A DNA stretch of 63,194 bases from sequence record DRR723986_6692. The stretch is one strand, 5' to 3'. Below, in pieces: positions 11,501 through 21,374 of this stretch (positions are counted from its first letter, which is position 1; every line of letters starts with the position of its first letter). Position numbers and translations under genes: made by a program. A model generated the notes under the pieces. It did not search any database, had not been told where the DNA came from, and saw only the letters and a program-made list of their open reading frames with translations.

Positions 11501-12027
11501 ATGGTAACCGTTTCAGGCGGGGTAATTTGCTTCATGCGTTATTGCAATGGTTGCCAGACACACCGCACGCCTCGCGTGAGGCCGCTGCAATGGGTTATCT
11601 GCGCAGAAACAAAGATTTGGATGATGATGAAGCAACAGCATTTTGGGCGGAAGTGAATGCAGTAATTTCTGACCCCGTGCTGGGGGCGCTATTCGGCGAA
11701 GGAAGTCGTGCAGAAGTGCCTATCGCAGGGTTGGTAGAAACAAAAAGCGACCCTGGCGGAAGGCCGATTGCCGGCCAGGTTGACCGGCTGGTCGTTTCGG
11801 GAGGTCAAGTTCTTATTGTGGACTATAAAACTAATCGTCCTCCCCCTGAAAATGTTGAAGATGTGCCTGCAGTTTACTTGCGCCAGATGGGTTTGTATGT
11901 GCGTGCTTTGCAATCGGTTTACCCCGATAAAAATATCGTTGCTGCCCTGTTGTGGACTGACGCTGTTCGATTAATGGAATTGCCTGCAAACCTGATGGAG
12001 CAAGCCTTAACAGACGCACATTTATAG
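8551..12027 (+). CDS. addA: Double-strand break repair helicase/nuclease AddA
   Basis: ASAGTGKT, LTFTKAAAAEM, VDEAQDT, VGDAKQSIFSFQ, LLYVALTRA, GQVDRL...VDYKTNR. Confidence 0.96.
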   Translation: MSTTAGKPSLQPMTYDQARATHPKISAWVGASAGTGKTHVLTARVLRLMLTGTRPENIVCLTFTKAAAAEMKNRIFEELGRWTTLSDDDLCAVIAARVDEHAGPDMLATARKLFARVLDLPGGLQIQTFHSFCQALLGRFPLEAEMSPGFEGIDESDALELMRSAKDQMLAATREPLAQNLQEALNLVAGLVTERTFDEVVDRLSFEAPLLKRAVRAYGGVEGLMSAVYKRLGAKPGIAASDIILDACSENEFDTNLLDQLGTAMQLGSVRDQKRAGAILDFLNAATVERYAKYSDYKSAFLTAGGTAIKNVATKKILEQNDNLLAVIESEQNRLLAVEDQRIRHHAAAATVALLTLGLKQLALYDHVKGERGLVDFDDMIERSVNLVTTPTVAPWILYKLDNRIDHILVDEAQDTNRDQWRVVETLAAEFFAGDGARDVERTVFAVGDAKQSIFSFQRADPREFIGARNRIFERAEHVGHRTEAVPLSLSFRSGEAVLSLVDAVFSEEGRAHAGLSADNETVVHRFNRLGHGGRVELWPLEVVAKTYETNEPDEDGWQMPVIQTPVDDAEQRCAWRIATHIQLSVDTRDMPAKGRKLRAGDILVLVRRRTAFVDHLVKALKTLGVPVAGRDRMVLLEELPVMDLLAMAQFAVLPTDDLTLATALKSPLVGLSEEALFDLAYGRKGSLWNALYAMREDERYRHAYELLAGVLNRADIGGPFDFFNHILIDLEGRKKLVGRLGSEIHDPIDELLEEALKFELTHPASLLAFIERVRSNNTQIKRDMEQAGNRVRIMTTHSAKGLQAPVVYLSDLVGMPDLSRDGRLMSLQPEKLNEPAVSVWASQARGLPEIEAARDALKERQLSEYRRLLYVALTRAEDELYVAGWRGANEPPEDCWYNLISDGFERLEADTYEESGRQVRRVDVLHTAEVEHKKTDKEPATGNEKLPEWLFKAMPHEPTPSRPLAPSRPDEEPAVTGPLARSDGNRFRRGNLLHALLQWLPDTPHASREAAAMGYLRRNKDLDDDEATAFWAEVNAVISDPVLGALFGEGSRAEVPIAGLVETKSDPGGRPIAGQVDRLVVSGGQVLIVDYKTNRPPPENVEDVPAVYLRQMGLYVRALQSVYPDKNIVAALLWTDAVRLMELPANLMEQALTDAHL

Positions 12028-12064
12028 GCATTAGTTTTTAATATCACGCGTGTGTTACTAAGCC

Positions 12065-12093
12065 TTGACCATTGGGCACAGCGTTCTTACTTT
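12065..12093 (+). promoter_or_regulatory. Putative sigma70/RpoH-like promoter of trxA
   Basis: TTGACC-N17-TACTTT about 75 nt upstream of the trxA ATG. Confidence 0.45.
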
Positions 12094-12167
12094 AGTCACC
12101 AAGCGAAAATTGAACCCTCGACCGCATAACGGACGCGTCCTGCGGCGACAACGAAAGAGTATATATT

Positions 12168-12509
12168 ATGGCGACTATTGCTGTTACAGACGCATCATTT
12201 GAAGACGATGTTTTGAAGGCTGGAAAGCCTGTATTGTTGGACTTTTGGGCACAGTGGTGTGGCCCTTGTAAGATGATTGGACCAGTTCTGGAAGAAATTT
12301 CAGAAGAGCGGGATGACATTATCATTGCCAAGATGGACATTGATGCGAACCCTGAAGTTCCAACCCGTTTTGGTGTACGGTCTATTCCCACCATCCTGAT
12401 TTTCAAGGACGGTGAGCCTGTTGCAACAACTATGGGCGCCAAGCCTAAAGCGCAGTTGGCTTCCTGGATTGATGGTGCCGTTGGCGGCGCGGCTGCTGCT
12501 TCGGCCTAA
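12168..12509 (+). CDS. trxA: Thioredoxin
   Basis: DFWAQWCGPCK active site, cis-Pro motif SIPT. Confidence 0.97.
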   Translation: MATIAVTDASFEDDVLKAGKPVLLDFWAQWCGPCKMIGPVLEEISEERDDIIIAKMDIDANPEVPTRFGVRSIPTILIFKDGEPVATTMGAKPKAQLASWIDGAVGGAAAASA

Positions 12510-12529
12510 GCAGTCTAAAATATTATGTT

Positions 12530-12559
12530 AAAAGGCGCCCGTTTTCGGGCGCTTTTTTT
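12530..12559 (+). terminator. Rho-independent terminator after trxA
   Basis: AAAGGCGCCCG-tttt-CGGGCGC followed by T7. Confidence 0.85.
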
Positions 12560-12626
12560 GTGGCTAAACCAGAAATTACTTATTTGTGCAATTTGCTCTA
12601 GTATCAAATGGTAAGGGAGAAGTTGT

Positions 12627-13373
12627 TTGGCACGTAAAGATGAAGCACAGCCCAAAGTGTGCGCTATTGTGGGTGCGGGCGATTATATTGGATCTGCTGT
12701 TGCACGGCGTTTTGCCCGGGAAGGCTATATTATTGTCGCTGGGCGACGCGGTGCAGAGAAATTGGAGCCATTGCGTAACAAGATAACTGCCGTTGGCGGT
12801 ACGCTTCATGCGCGGTCATTGGACGCGCGCTCTGAAGGCGCTGTTGATGACTTTATGGAAGCCGCCGCGGCGTTCGGCGAGCTTTCGGTGGTGATATTTA
12901 ACATTGGTGGGAATGTTCATTTCCCCATTTCAGACACGACCGAACGGGTATTTCGAAAAGTTTGGCAGATGGCCTGTTACGGCGGTTTCTTAACCGGTAG
13001 AGCTGCTGCCCGCCTAATGCTGAAACAAGGGTTTGGCTCAATTTTTTTCACTGGTGCAACGGCCAGCATGCGCGGCGGGGCAGGGTATAGTGCTTTTGCC
13101 AGCGCCAAATTTGGCCTGCGCGGGCTTGCTCAGGCCATGGCACGCGAATTGGGCCCTAAAAACATTCATGTGGCTCATCTTGTTATCGACTCTGCTGTGG
13201 ATACTGAGTGGGTACGGCAATTGATAACCGAACGCGCGGGCGCGGACGTGCTTGCTGAAACACCGTTGATGGACCCCGCGTCTGTTGCGGATACCTATTG
13301 GATGCTACACAACCAGCCGCGCGATTGTTGGACTCATGAGTTAGACGTTCGGCCCAATAATGAGACTTTTTGA
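12627..13373 (+). CDS. Short-chain dehydrogenase/reductase (atypical, FxxxK in place of YxxxK)
   Basis: GAGDYIG Rossmann motif, FTGATAS, AFASAKFGLRGL; TTG start after AAGGGAG. Confidence 0.88.
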   Translation: MARKDEAQPKVCAIVGAGDYIGSAVARRFAREGYIIVAGRRGAEKLEPLRNKITAVGGTLHARSLDARSEGAVDDFMEAAAAFGELSVVIFNIGGNVHFPISDTTERVFRKVWQMACYGGFLTGRAAARLMLKQGFGSIFFTGATASMRGGAGYSAFASAKFGLRGLAQAMARELGPKNIHVAHLVIDSAVDTEWVRQLITERAGADVLAETPLMDPASVADTYWMLHNQPRDCWTHELDVRPNNETF

Positions 13374-13384
13374 GGAGAAACGCT

Positions 13385-13990
13385 GTGACAAAACGTGAGT
13401 TCTGGTTTGATTTTGGCAGTCCCAACGCCTATTTCGTTTATAAAGTTTTGCCGGAAGTTGAACAGCGTCTCGGCGTTACATTCACCCGAAAGCCAGCGCT
13501 TCTGGGCGGTGTTTTTAAGGCAACTGGTAACCAGTCCCCATTTTTTGCCTATGCAGGTATTCCTGCCAAGATGGACTACACGCGCAAAGAGATGATGCGG
13601 TTTGTGCGCCATCACCGATTGTCAGGCTTTACAATGAACCCACACTTTCCAGTGAACACCCTTTTGGCCATGCGCGGCGCTGTTGCTGCTGAAATGGCAG
13701 GCGAGTTGGAGGCTTACACGGCCTGTGTTATGAAGGCCATGTGGGAAGACGGCGTAAAAGCCGATGACCCAGAGGTGTTGATTGGCACCCTTTCTGATGC
13801 AGGCCTTGATGCCGATTACTATAGGGAAAAGGTTGCGGACAGTAATGTGAAAGCGGCGCTGATGGCAGCAACACAGGAAGCAATTGATAAAGGCGTTTTC
13901 GGAGTGCCGACATTTTTTGTGGGCGACGAAATGTTTTTTGGCAAAGATAGTTTGGCAGCGGTTGAGAAAGAAATTTCTTTACAAGCTTGA
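13385..13990 (+). CDS. 2-hydroxychromene-2-carboxylate isomerase / DsbA-kappa GST family protein
   Basis: FWFDFGSPNAY, LLGGVFK, GVFGVPTFFVGDEMFFGKD; GTG start after GAGGAG. Confidence 0.88.
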   Translation: MTKREFWFDFGSPNAYFVYKVLPEVEQRLGVTFTRKPALLGGVFKATGNQSPFFAYAGIPAKMDYTRKEMMRFVRHHRLSGFTMNPHFPVNTLLAMRGAVAAEMAGELEAYTACVMKAMWEDGVKADDPEVLIGTLSDAGLDADYYREKVADSNVKAALMAATQEAIDKGVFGVPTFFVGDEMFFGKDSLAAVEKEISLQA

Positions 13991-14002
13991 TTGGAGGGGC
14001 GA

Positions 14003-14419
14003 ATGGCAGAGTTGAAAACCACGCAAAATGAAGCGCCCGTTGCTGCGTTTATAGATAGTATTGACCACGCGAAAAGGCAGGCAGATGCGCGCAAAGTATG
14101 CGAAATGATCGCTAGCGTAACGGGCTGGAAAGCCAAAATGTGGGGCAAATCAATCATTGGATTTGGCGCGTATGACAGCAAAAATGGTGGCCGCTGGATG
14201 ATGACTGGCTTATCGCCGCGTAAAGCATCGCTTAGTGTTTATATTATGCCGGGGTTTTCTGAGTTTTCAGATTTAATGAGTAAACTTGGAAAGCACAAAA
14301 CAGGCAAATCATGTCTTTATATCAATAAGCTAGAAGATATTGACCTGGCAGTTCTTGAGCAGCTTGTTGTTCAGTCTGTTGACATTATGAAAGCTCGGTA
14401 TCCTTGGGCACCTGAATAG
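14003..14419 (+). CDS. DUF1801 (YdhG-like) domain protein
   Basis: KMWGKSIIGFGAY, GLSPRKASLSVYI, LGKHKTGKSCLYINKLEDID; ATG after GGAGGGG. Confidence 0.85.
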   Translation: MAELKTTQNEAPVAAFIDSIDHAKRQADARKVCEMIASVTGWKAKMWGKSIIGFGAYDSKNGGRWMMTGLSPRKASLSVYIMPGFSEFSDLMSKLGKHKTGKSCLYINKLEDIDLAVLEQLVVQSVDIMKARYPWAPE

Positions 14420-14433
14420 GCTGATACGATATA

Positions 14434-15762
14434 TTAGTCTGGTAGTTGCTCGGCTTGTCTTAATACTTGGCCTGCCAAATATAATGATCCAGCAATCATA
14501 ACAAAAGGTGGGCGCTCCGGGTGGGCAGACTCGGCAATCGCTTTTAATGCCGCCATAACATTTTTTGCAACCACCCCGTTAATGCCCATATCTGTTGCTG
14601 CTGCTGCAAGGTCAACGGGGTTGGCAGCACCGTCTTCACCGGGAATAGGTACCGCGATAATGCGGTTAGCTACGCCGACCAATGGCTGCAAGAAACCGCT
14701 GACATCTTTGGTTCCCATCATGCCCAGTATAACGGTGACAGATCGGTCAACAGGGTCAATACCTTCCAAAAAGGTCCGGATAACCTCGCCTGCGGCCGGG
14801 TTGTGGCCGCCATCTAGCCAAATATCGGCTCCCTCTGGCAAAAGACCATTTAAAGGTGTGTTTTTTAGTTCCTGCAAACGTGCTGGCCAACGCACCCATC
14901 CAAGTCCGGCTTTAATCGCTGCGTCTGGTATTTTTACCGCGGTTTGCGCATGGGCGAGGGCAACCGCCATTGCGGCATTGTTTACCTGATGCTTGCCAGC
15001 AAGCGGCGGTAGCGGCAGGTCTAAAACTGAGCACCAGTCTTCATACAAAACGCCACTGCCATCCTTTTTGGCCTCCACATGCCAATCTTGATTGATGAGC
15101 AAAGGGGTCACACCAAGGCCGCTTGCCTTCTTTTGAATAACCTTAGCGCCCGCTCTCTGTTGGGGCCCGACAACCAGCGGCGCACCCTCTTTTATGATGC
15201 CCGCTTTTTCTGCAGCAATCTCTGGCAATGTCTCCCCCAGAAATTGCTGATGATCAAGGCTGACCGGTGTAATGCCCACGGCGGCTGGATTGTCTATAAC
15301 ATTGGTGGCATCAAGTCTGCCGCCAAGGCCAACTTCCAACAGGCAAAGGTCAGCGGGTGTTTCTGCAAAAGCCAGGAAAGCAGCAGCGGTGGTTACTTCA
15401 AAATAGGTAATAGGGTCATCACCAGCTGCTTCCTCAACGCGTTCCAAAAGTGCGGAGAGGGCTTCTTCTGTAATAAGCTTTCCGGCAAGACGGATGCGCT
15501 CGTTGAAACGCACTAAATGCGGCGATGTATAAACATGAACTCTGTGGCCCGCTGCTTCTGCAATGGCACGCAACGTTGCAATCGTTGAGCCCTTACCGTT
15601 TGTACCAGCAATGTGAATAACCGGCGGTAGTTTATTTTCCGGGTGGCCTAGGCGGGCAAGAATGCTGTGCATGCGGCCCAGAGACAGGTCAATTTTTTTT
15701 GGGTGCAGCGCCATAAGGCGTGCCAAAATCTTATCGCTTTTTAAGCTAGTGTCCTGACCCAT
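14434..15762 (-). CDS. folC: Folylpolyglutamate synthase/dihydrofolate synthase
   Basis: HIAGTNGKGST, YTSPHL, LEVGLGGRLDATN, LDGGHNP. Confidence 0.97.
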   Translation of the reverse strand: MGQDTSLKSDKILARLMALHPKKIDLSLGRMHSILARLGHPENKLPPVIHIAGTNGKGSTIATLRAIAEAAGHRVHVYTSPHLVRFNERIRLAGKLITEEALSALLERVEEAAGDDPITYFEVTTAAAFLAFAETPADLCLLEVGLGGRLDATNVIDNPAAVGITPVSLDHQQFLGETLPEIAAEKAGIIKEGAPLVVGPQQRAGAKVIQKKASGLGVTPLLINQDWHVEAKKDGSGVLYEDWCSVLDLPLPPLAGKHQVNNAAMAVALAHAQTAVKIPDAAIKAGLGWVRWPARLQELKNTPLNGLLPEGADIWLDGGHNPAAGEVIRTFLEGIDPVDRSVTVILGMMGTKDVSGFLQPLVGVANRIIAVPIPGEDGAANPVDLAAAATDMGINGVVAKNVMAALKAIAESAHPERPPFVMIAGSLYLAGQVLRQAEQLPD

Positions 15763-15836
15763 GACCTGATCATCCAGTGCGAGAAAACACCCTCTTGGTG
15801 CCGCCTATTTTTACATGTCGGGTTCTGTGCAGCGTG

Positions 15837-16712
15837 CTATCCGGCGGCCGCTTTTCGTTTGTGGCTGCCTGCCATCAACATGGATAAAACGGTGGTAAGT
15901 TTTTTGGTTAGGTCGTGACGATGCACAACCATATCCACCATGCCGTGATCTAACAAATATTCGGCGCGTTGGAACCCTTCAGGTAACTTTTCGCGAATTG
16001 TTTGTTCAATCACGCGTGGGCCAGAGAAAGCAATCATGGCACCCGGTTCGGCAATTTGTACGTCGCCCAGCATGGCATATGAGGCGGAAACCCCACCTGA
16101 TGTCGGGTCTGTTAAAACAACAACATAAGGCAGGCCTGCTTCACGTAGCATTTGAATGGCGACTGTTGTGCGCGGCATTTGCATCAGGGACAATATGCCT
16201 TCCTGCATCCGTGCGCCGCCTGATGCAGTGAACATAACGAAAGGAACGCCTAATCGAAGGGCTTCTCTAGCGCCGGCTATAATACCTTCGCCTACAGCCA
16301 TTCCCATAGACCCGCCCATGAAGAAAAAGTTTTGAATGGCAATAACGGTTTTCTGACCGCCAACTTTGCCCACAGCAACTTTGATAGCATCATCATCGCC
16401 TGTGTTTGAGCGCGCCGTTTTAAGCCGTTCGGTATATTTTTTGGTATCTTTAAACTTCAGCGGATCCTGTTTCACTGAAGGCAGCGACAAAAGGTCAAAT
16501 TTTTTGTCATCAAATAAGGAGTCAAAACGCTCTGAAGGCGGAATACGATCATGATGCTCACAGTGTGCACACACGCGGCCATTGGCAATAAATTCTTTCT
16601 GGAAAATCATCTGGCCGCAATTTTTGCATTTGTGCCACAGATTATCAGGGGTATCTCGCGCGTTCAGAACCTTTTGAAGCTTTGGTTTGACATAATTGGT
16701 TAGCCAACTCAT
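15837..16712 (-). CDS. accD: Acetyl-CoA carboxylase carboxyltransferase beta subunit
   Basis: Zn ribbon CKNC...[28 protein letters not shown]. Confidence 0.97.
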   Translation of the reverse strand: MSWLTNYVKPKLQKVLNARDTPDNLWHKCKNCGQMIFQKEFIANGRVCAHCEHHDRIPPSERFDSLFDDKKFDLLSLPSVKQDPLKFKDTKKYTERLKTARSNTGDDDAIKVAVGKVGGQKTVIAIQNFFFMGGSMGMAVGEGIIAGAREALRLGVPFVMFTASGGARMQEGILSLMQMPRTTVAIQMLREAGLPYVVVLTDPTSGGVSASYAMLGDVQIAEPGAMIAFSGPRVIEQTIREKLPEGFQRAEYLLDHGMVDMVVHRHDLTKKLTTVLSMLMAGSHKRKAAAG

Positions 16713-16760
16713 GTCATCTACCCCCTTTTTATCGAAAAAATAATCGTATTAAATCTTGGT

Positions 16761-17579
16761 TTAACGGCCTGATCTTACACCATTTGCTATATTTTGGGTA
16801 AAATTCAGTATGTTTTCTATCATATCCGCCTTTGGCGTTTGTTTTTCAAGTCCTTGTTCCACTAAAGAGACAATTGCTGTGCCAACAACGGCGGCATCTG
16901 CTCTTGCAGCAACCGCTGCGGCTTGCTTAGGTGTACGAATGCCAAACCCAACCGCAACTGGCAAGTCAGTGTGGCGCTTTATGCGTTCGACTGCACGGCC
17001 TATGTCGTCGGCATTGGCGGACTTTCCGCCTGTCACACCGGCCACAGCAACATAGTAAACAAAACCACTTGCACCGTTCACAATGGTTGAAAGGCGGCGG
17101 TCGTCTGAGGTTGGCGTTGCCAAACGGATGACATCAATATTTCTTGCGTTGGCAGGTACAAGCAATTCAGCGTCTTCCTCAGGCGGCAAGTCGACAATGA
17201 TCAACCCGTCTACGCCAGCCTTTGCAGCATCAATACAAAACTTTTCGATACCGTAGGCGTATATGGGATTGAAATATCCCATAAGCACAATCGGTGTGGT
17301 TTGATTGTCTTCGCGAAAGCGTGACACCATTTTCAGGGTTCGTGCTGTTGTGGCACCGTTTGCTATCGCTCGCTGCGCCGCCTTGTCAATCGCCGGTCCG
17401 TCAGCAGAAGGGTCGGTGAAGGGCATGCCGAGTTCAATAATGTCGGCACCCGCGCCCGGCAAGCCAAGCAATATTTCAAGCGACGTGTCATAGTCCGGGT
17501 CCCCCGCTGTTACGAAGGTAACAAATGCGGCACGGTTTTCGGCCTTCAGCGCATCAAAACAGGGTGTTAAACGGCTCAT
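16761..17579 (-). CDS. trpA: Tryptophan synthase alpha chain
   Basis: [33 protein letters not shown]. Confidence 0.97.
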   Translation of the reverse strand: MSRLTPCFDALKAENRAAFVTFVTAGDPDYDTSLEILLGLPGAGADIIELGMPFTDPSADGPAIDKAAQRAIANGATTARTLKMVSRFREDNQTTPIVLMGYFNPIYAYGIEKFCIDAAKAGVDGLIIVDLPPEEDAELLVPANARNIDVIRLATPTSDDRRLSTIVNGASGFVYYVAVAGVTGGKSANADDIGRAVERIKRHTDLPVAVGFGIRTPKQAAAVAARADAAVVGTAIVSLVEQGLEKQTPKADMIENILNFTQNIANGVRSGR

Positions 17580-17621
17580 CAACAATGCTTTCTTCTTTTA
17601 CTCGGGCCACTTATTGTTGCC

Positions 17622-18830
17622 TTAAATCTCTTCACCAAGTTCTTTTGCAACGGTAAAAATATCTTTGTCACCGCGGCCGGATAAATTCAAAACACAAATA
17701 TGGTCTTTTGGCAGGTCGGGGGCCATGCGGATGACATGAACCAAGCCGTGGGCACTTTCAAGCGCGGGAATGATCCCCTCGGTTTTACAGCACAGCTGAA
17801 AGGCTTCCATGGCTTCCTTATCGGTTGCCGATACATAGTTCACTCGGCCTTCTTCATGAAGCCATACATGTTCCGGGCCGATGCCGGGATAGTCTAGACC
17901 CGCAGAAATTGAATGGGCTTCTTCAATTTGACCGTCTTGGGTTTGAAGCAAATATGTTCTGTTACCGTGCAGCACGCCGGGTGTGCCGCCAGCAATTGAG
18001 GCCGCATGCTGGTCGGTGTCTACGCCGTGGCCAGATGCTTCCACGGCATACATTTCAACGTCTCGGTCATCAAGAAATGGGTGGAATAACCCAAGGGCGT
18101 TCGAACCCCCGCCAACACAGGCCACCAAACTGTCGGGCAGGCGGCCTTCCATATGCAGTATTTGTTCTTTGGTCTCGCGGCCAATGATCGACTGAAAGTC
18201 ACGCACCATCATGGGGTAGGGGTGAGGGCCTGCAACAGTGCCAATAATATAGAAAGTATCATGGACATTGGTAACCCAGTCACGCAGGGCATCATTCATG
18301 GCGTCTTTTAATGTTGCAGAGCCGGATGTAACCGGCTTTATCTCTGCACCCAGCAATTTCATGCGAAATACATTGGGTTTTTGGCGCTCAATGTCTACCG
18401 CGCCCATAAACACGGTGCACTTAAGCCCAAAGCGGGCCGCAACAGTTGCGGTTGCCACACCGTGCTGCCCGGCACCAGTCTCGGCTATCACGCGGGTTTT
18501 ACCCATGCGTTTTGCCAGCAATACCTGACCAATAGCGTGATTAATTTTGTGGGCGCCGGTGTGGTTCAATTCTTCGCGTTTGAAGTAGACCTTGGCGCCG
18601 CCCAAATGTTCGGTTAGCCGTTCAGCATAATAAAGTGGACTAGGGCGGCCAATATACTGCCGGTTTAGTTCGTCCAGTTCTGCCAGAAAGGCATCATCCT
18701 GCATGGCGGTTTTGAATTCTTTTTCAACTTCGAGCACCAGCGGCATCAGCGTTTCGGACACATAGCGCCCACCGTATGTGCCAAAATGCCCTTTTTCGTC
18801 CGGGCCGGTTCTATAACTATTGAGCGCCAT
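17622..18830 (-). CDS. trpB: Tryptophan synthase beta chain
   Basis: [10 protein letters not shown] (PLP Lys), [27 protein letters not shown]. Confidence 0.98.
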   Translation of the reverse strand: MALNSYRTGPDEKGHFGTYGGRYVSETLMPLVLEVEKEFKTAMQDDAFLAELDELNRQYIGRPSPLYYAERLTEHLGGAKVYFKREELNHTGAHKINHAIGQVLLAKRMGKTRVIAETGAGQHGVATATVAARFGLKCTVFMGAVDIERQKPNVFRMKLLGAEIKPVTSGSATLKDAMNDALRDWVTNVHDTFYIIGTVAGPHPYPMMVRDFQSIIGRETKEQILHMEGRLPDSLVACVGGGSNALGLFHPFLDDRDVEMYAVEASGHGVDTDQHAASIAGGTPGVLHGNRTYLLQTQDGQIEEAHSISAGLDYPGIGPEHVWLHEEGRVNYVSATDKEAMEAFQLCCKTEGIIPALESAHGLVHVIRMAPDLPKDHICVLNLSGRGDKDIFTVAKELGEEI

Positions 18831-18896
18831 GCGGCTGCACCCTTTTTTTGCGCTCAAAACACACGTGGTTTTGGAGGCGCGGAATAAACTCGACTT

Positions 18897-19541
18897 CTAC
18901 TTAATGTCTTTTACTGCGCGAAGGAAGTGTTGGATTGCCGCAGAAGACTTTTTTCCCGGTGCTGTTTCAACAGCTGATGACACATCAAGCGCTGTTGCCT
19001 CGCTTGCGGCCACTGCTTCTGCCACATTGCCGGCGTTTAGCCCGCCTGCCAGCATCCATTTATATGGCAAATTTTTACCTTTAAGAATTTGCCACGGAAA
19101 GCTCAGTGCATTGCCCCCTGGCAATTTTGCCCCTTCAGGGGGTTTGGCGTCAAAAAGAATTCGGTCAACAATCTGTGTAAACGGCTCGGCTTGTGCCAGG
19201 TCTGCTTCGCTGCTTACGCCAAGGGCTTTGATGACACGAACACCCATCTTGTCTTTAATGCGCGCCGCATCTTCAGGCGTTTCGTTGCCGTGAAGCTGCA
19301 CAACATCTAAAGAAAGGGCAGCAACAGCATCGGTGATCAGAGCGTCAGAGGCATTGACAAAAACACCCACGCGTTTTGGCCCCACCGGCAATTGCTGTGC
19401 AAGTTTTCTTGCTGCTTCAAGGGTTAGGTTGCGCGGCGACGGCGGGAAAAACACAAAGCCCAGCCATGTGGCCCCGTGCATGGCCGCTGCATGAGCATGG
19501 GATGCATCGGTTATGCCGCAAATTTTAACCTTAACTGTCAT
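18897..19541 (-). CDS. trpF: Phosphoribosylanthranilate isomerase
   Basis: VKICGI, GFVFFPPSPR, VQLHGNE, LAGGLNAGNV, DVSSAVE. Confidence 0.96.
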   Translation of the reverse strand: MTVKVKICGITDASHAHAAAMHGATWLGFVFFPPSPRNLTLEAARKLAQQLPVGPKRVGVFVNASDALITDAVAALSLDVVQLHGNETPEDAARIKDKMGVRVIKALGVSSEADLAQAEPFTQIVDRILFDAKPPEGAKLPGGNALSFPWQILKGKNLPYKWMLAGGLNAGNVAEAVAASEATALDVSSAVETAPGKKSSAAIQHFLRAVKDIK

Positions 19542-20478
19542 TGGGGTTGCTTAGTCGGGTCAAGGGGTCATGGTGCCAGATACGCAGCGGTCTGCCTTTG
19601 CCGTCAGCAAACATGCCCAGCACAATCAGAATGGTGTCGATTAGCCAACCGAAAATAACCAGGCCCCCGGTGGGAATGAATAGCAGCCCGGTATAGGGTC
19701 GGCCCACGTAAAACCGATGAACACCAAAAAGCCCCAATGGCGGAATGCATAAAAGTAGGGCAACCAAACGGCTTTTTGGCGAACTGATGGCAATCAGGGC
19801 TTCATCGCGCGATTTAAATGCGCGGCCTGTTTTGGGGTCACGCAGGCCGTCTGCAGGTTTCAACAGTTCAGCGACGGCCTGGGCGGTTTTCCCGGCGATG
19901 GATTCTTGAATGGCCATCAAATCATCGCCTTGTTCGTCAAACCGTTCTGACCACAAAACTGCACCGCTAGGGTCTATCAATTGAGCATTAACCCTGATTT
20001 TGTCGCCTTGGCGGCGAATGCTGGTGGTCATCACATGCTTAACCCCCAGGTCACGGGCAATTTTCCCGGTGCTCGCCCCTGCGGCAATCAACCGGGCTAC
20101 TGTGTCCAGTTGGGGTGTTGCAAACAGCGCTTGCTGCAGATCAGCAATCAGGTCGTCGGCAAGGCCGTCAGCAAAATGGTCGTTAAACTCGCCGCGCTCC
20201 GTTGGTGGAAGCACAGCAATGGCGGTTTTGCCGCCATATTCAGGCATGGGCGGCGGGGCATCTGCAACGGCAACAGATGTACTACCGGACGCAGAGCCCG
20301 CTGTCACAATGAGGCCGCCGGCCGCAATGGGGGTAATGCCTTGAAAGGTTTCGCCGCGAAGACGTTGCAGAATAACTTTACCGTTGGTGAGGATGACAGT
20401 GAGCATAGCAAACAGAAAACCCACAGTTCCCAGCACGTCGCCGTGTTCCTTTGCCCAATTGTAAAATTCCTCAAACAT
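19531..20478 (-). CDS. Membrane protein: TolB-N-like domain fused to a C-terminal TM2 domain
   Basis: N-terminal TM; IAVLP...FADGLADDLIADL...IRVNAQLID...LWSERFD...IQESIA (TolB-N-like); KSRLVALLL...GLFGVHRFYVG...GWLID (TM2). Confidence 0.75.
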   Translation of the reverse strand: MFEEFYNWAKEHGDVLGTVGFLFAMLTVILTNGKVILQRLRGETFQGITPIAAGGLIVTAGSASGSTSVAVADAPPPMPEYGGKTAIAVLPPTERGEFNDHFADGLADDLIADLQQALFATPQLDTVARLIAAGASTGKIARDLGVKHVMTTSIRRQGDKIRVNAQLIDPSGAVLWSERFDEQGDDLMAIQESIAGKTAQAVAELLKPADGLRDPKTGRAFKSRDEALIAISSPKSRLVALLLCIPPLGLFGVHRFYVGRPYTGLLFIPTGGLVIFGWLIDTILIVLGMFADGKGRPLRIWHHDPLTRLSNPNDS

Positions 20479-20480
20479 TA

Positions 20481-21308
20481 TTAATCGTCGCTTTCCAACA
20501 GATTAGAAAATGACACGGTTTCCCGCGTTAATGCCGCAGTTGCAGCCTTCATCAGGTCTTCGCCCAATAATTGGCCACTATTCCACGTTGCCACATAATC
20601 TAGCCCATCATCAATGGTATGATCGCGAGAGTGGTTTAAAATTGCCTTAGTGCCTGCAACTGCAAGCGGGCTTTTGCTGGCAATTTCGAGGGCAATTTCT
20701 GTTGCCTTTTCTACGGCTTGTTCGCGGGTTTCCGCAACAGAATTGACAAAGCCATATTTGCTGGCCTCGTCAGCAGCAAATTTGCGCCCGGTATAGGCCA
20801 GTTCGCGCAAGATGCCGTTTGGCAATAGGTAAGGGGCGCGCTGCAATGTGCCAACATCGGCAACGATAGCCACGTTAATTTCCTGAATTGAAAACCAGGT
20901 ATCTGTGCTGCAGACGCGAATATCGCAAGCTGATACGAGGTCTATGCCGCCGCCAAGGCACGCGCCGTGAATGGCCGCAATAACGGGTGCGCGGCATTCT
21001 TCCAGTGCGGTAAAACAATCTTGCAAATGAAGAATATGCCGCCGCAGTTTTTCCCGCACACGGGCGGGGTCGCCCGTATGTTCGCCCATTACCGCACCGC
21101 TTTCCTTAAGGTCAAGACCTGCAGTAAAATGTTTGCCGTTCGCGGATAGAACCACAGCGCGGGCATCAGTTTTCGCATCAACCCATCGAAAGGCTTCGCC
21201 AATTTCACGAAACATGACCCCGTTCATGGCGTTTAGCTGGTTTGGCCGATTGAGCGTAACGGTGGCAATGGTGTCGCTGATGGTAACATCAAGGGTTTCA
21301 AACTGCAT
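20481..21308 (-). CDS. Crotonase family enzyme (dienoyl-CoA isomerase/ECH1-like)
   Basis: LNRPNQLNAM, FTAGLDL, IHGACLGGGIDL, ADVGTLQR. Confidence 0.9.
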   Translation of the reverse strand: MQFETLDVTISDTIATVTLNRPNQLNAMNGVMFREIGEAFRWVDAKTDARAVVLSANGKHFTAGLDLKESGAVMGEHTGDPARVREKLRRHILHLQDCFTALEECRAPVIAAIHGACLGGGIDLVSACDIRVCSTDTWFSIQEINVAIVADVGTLQRAPYLLPNGILRELAYTGRKFAADEASKYGFVNSVAETREQAVEKATEIALEIASKSPLAVAGTKAILNHSRDHTIDDGLDYVATWNSGQLLGEDLMKAATAALTRETVSFSNLLESDD

Positions 21309-21374
21309 GGAAAAGGCTCCTTATTATACAGGCGTATGCATTATATTGGCCGATAGTCGCTGAGGGCCAGTTAA

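Noticed and set aside
16749..16765. CtrA-like site between trpA and accD
   Set aside because: Spacing is TTAA-N8-TTAAC, and one half is the trpA stop codon in an AT-rich spacer.
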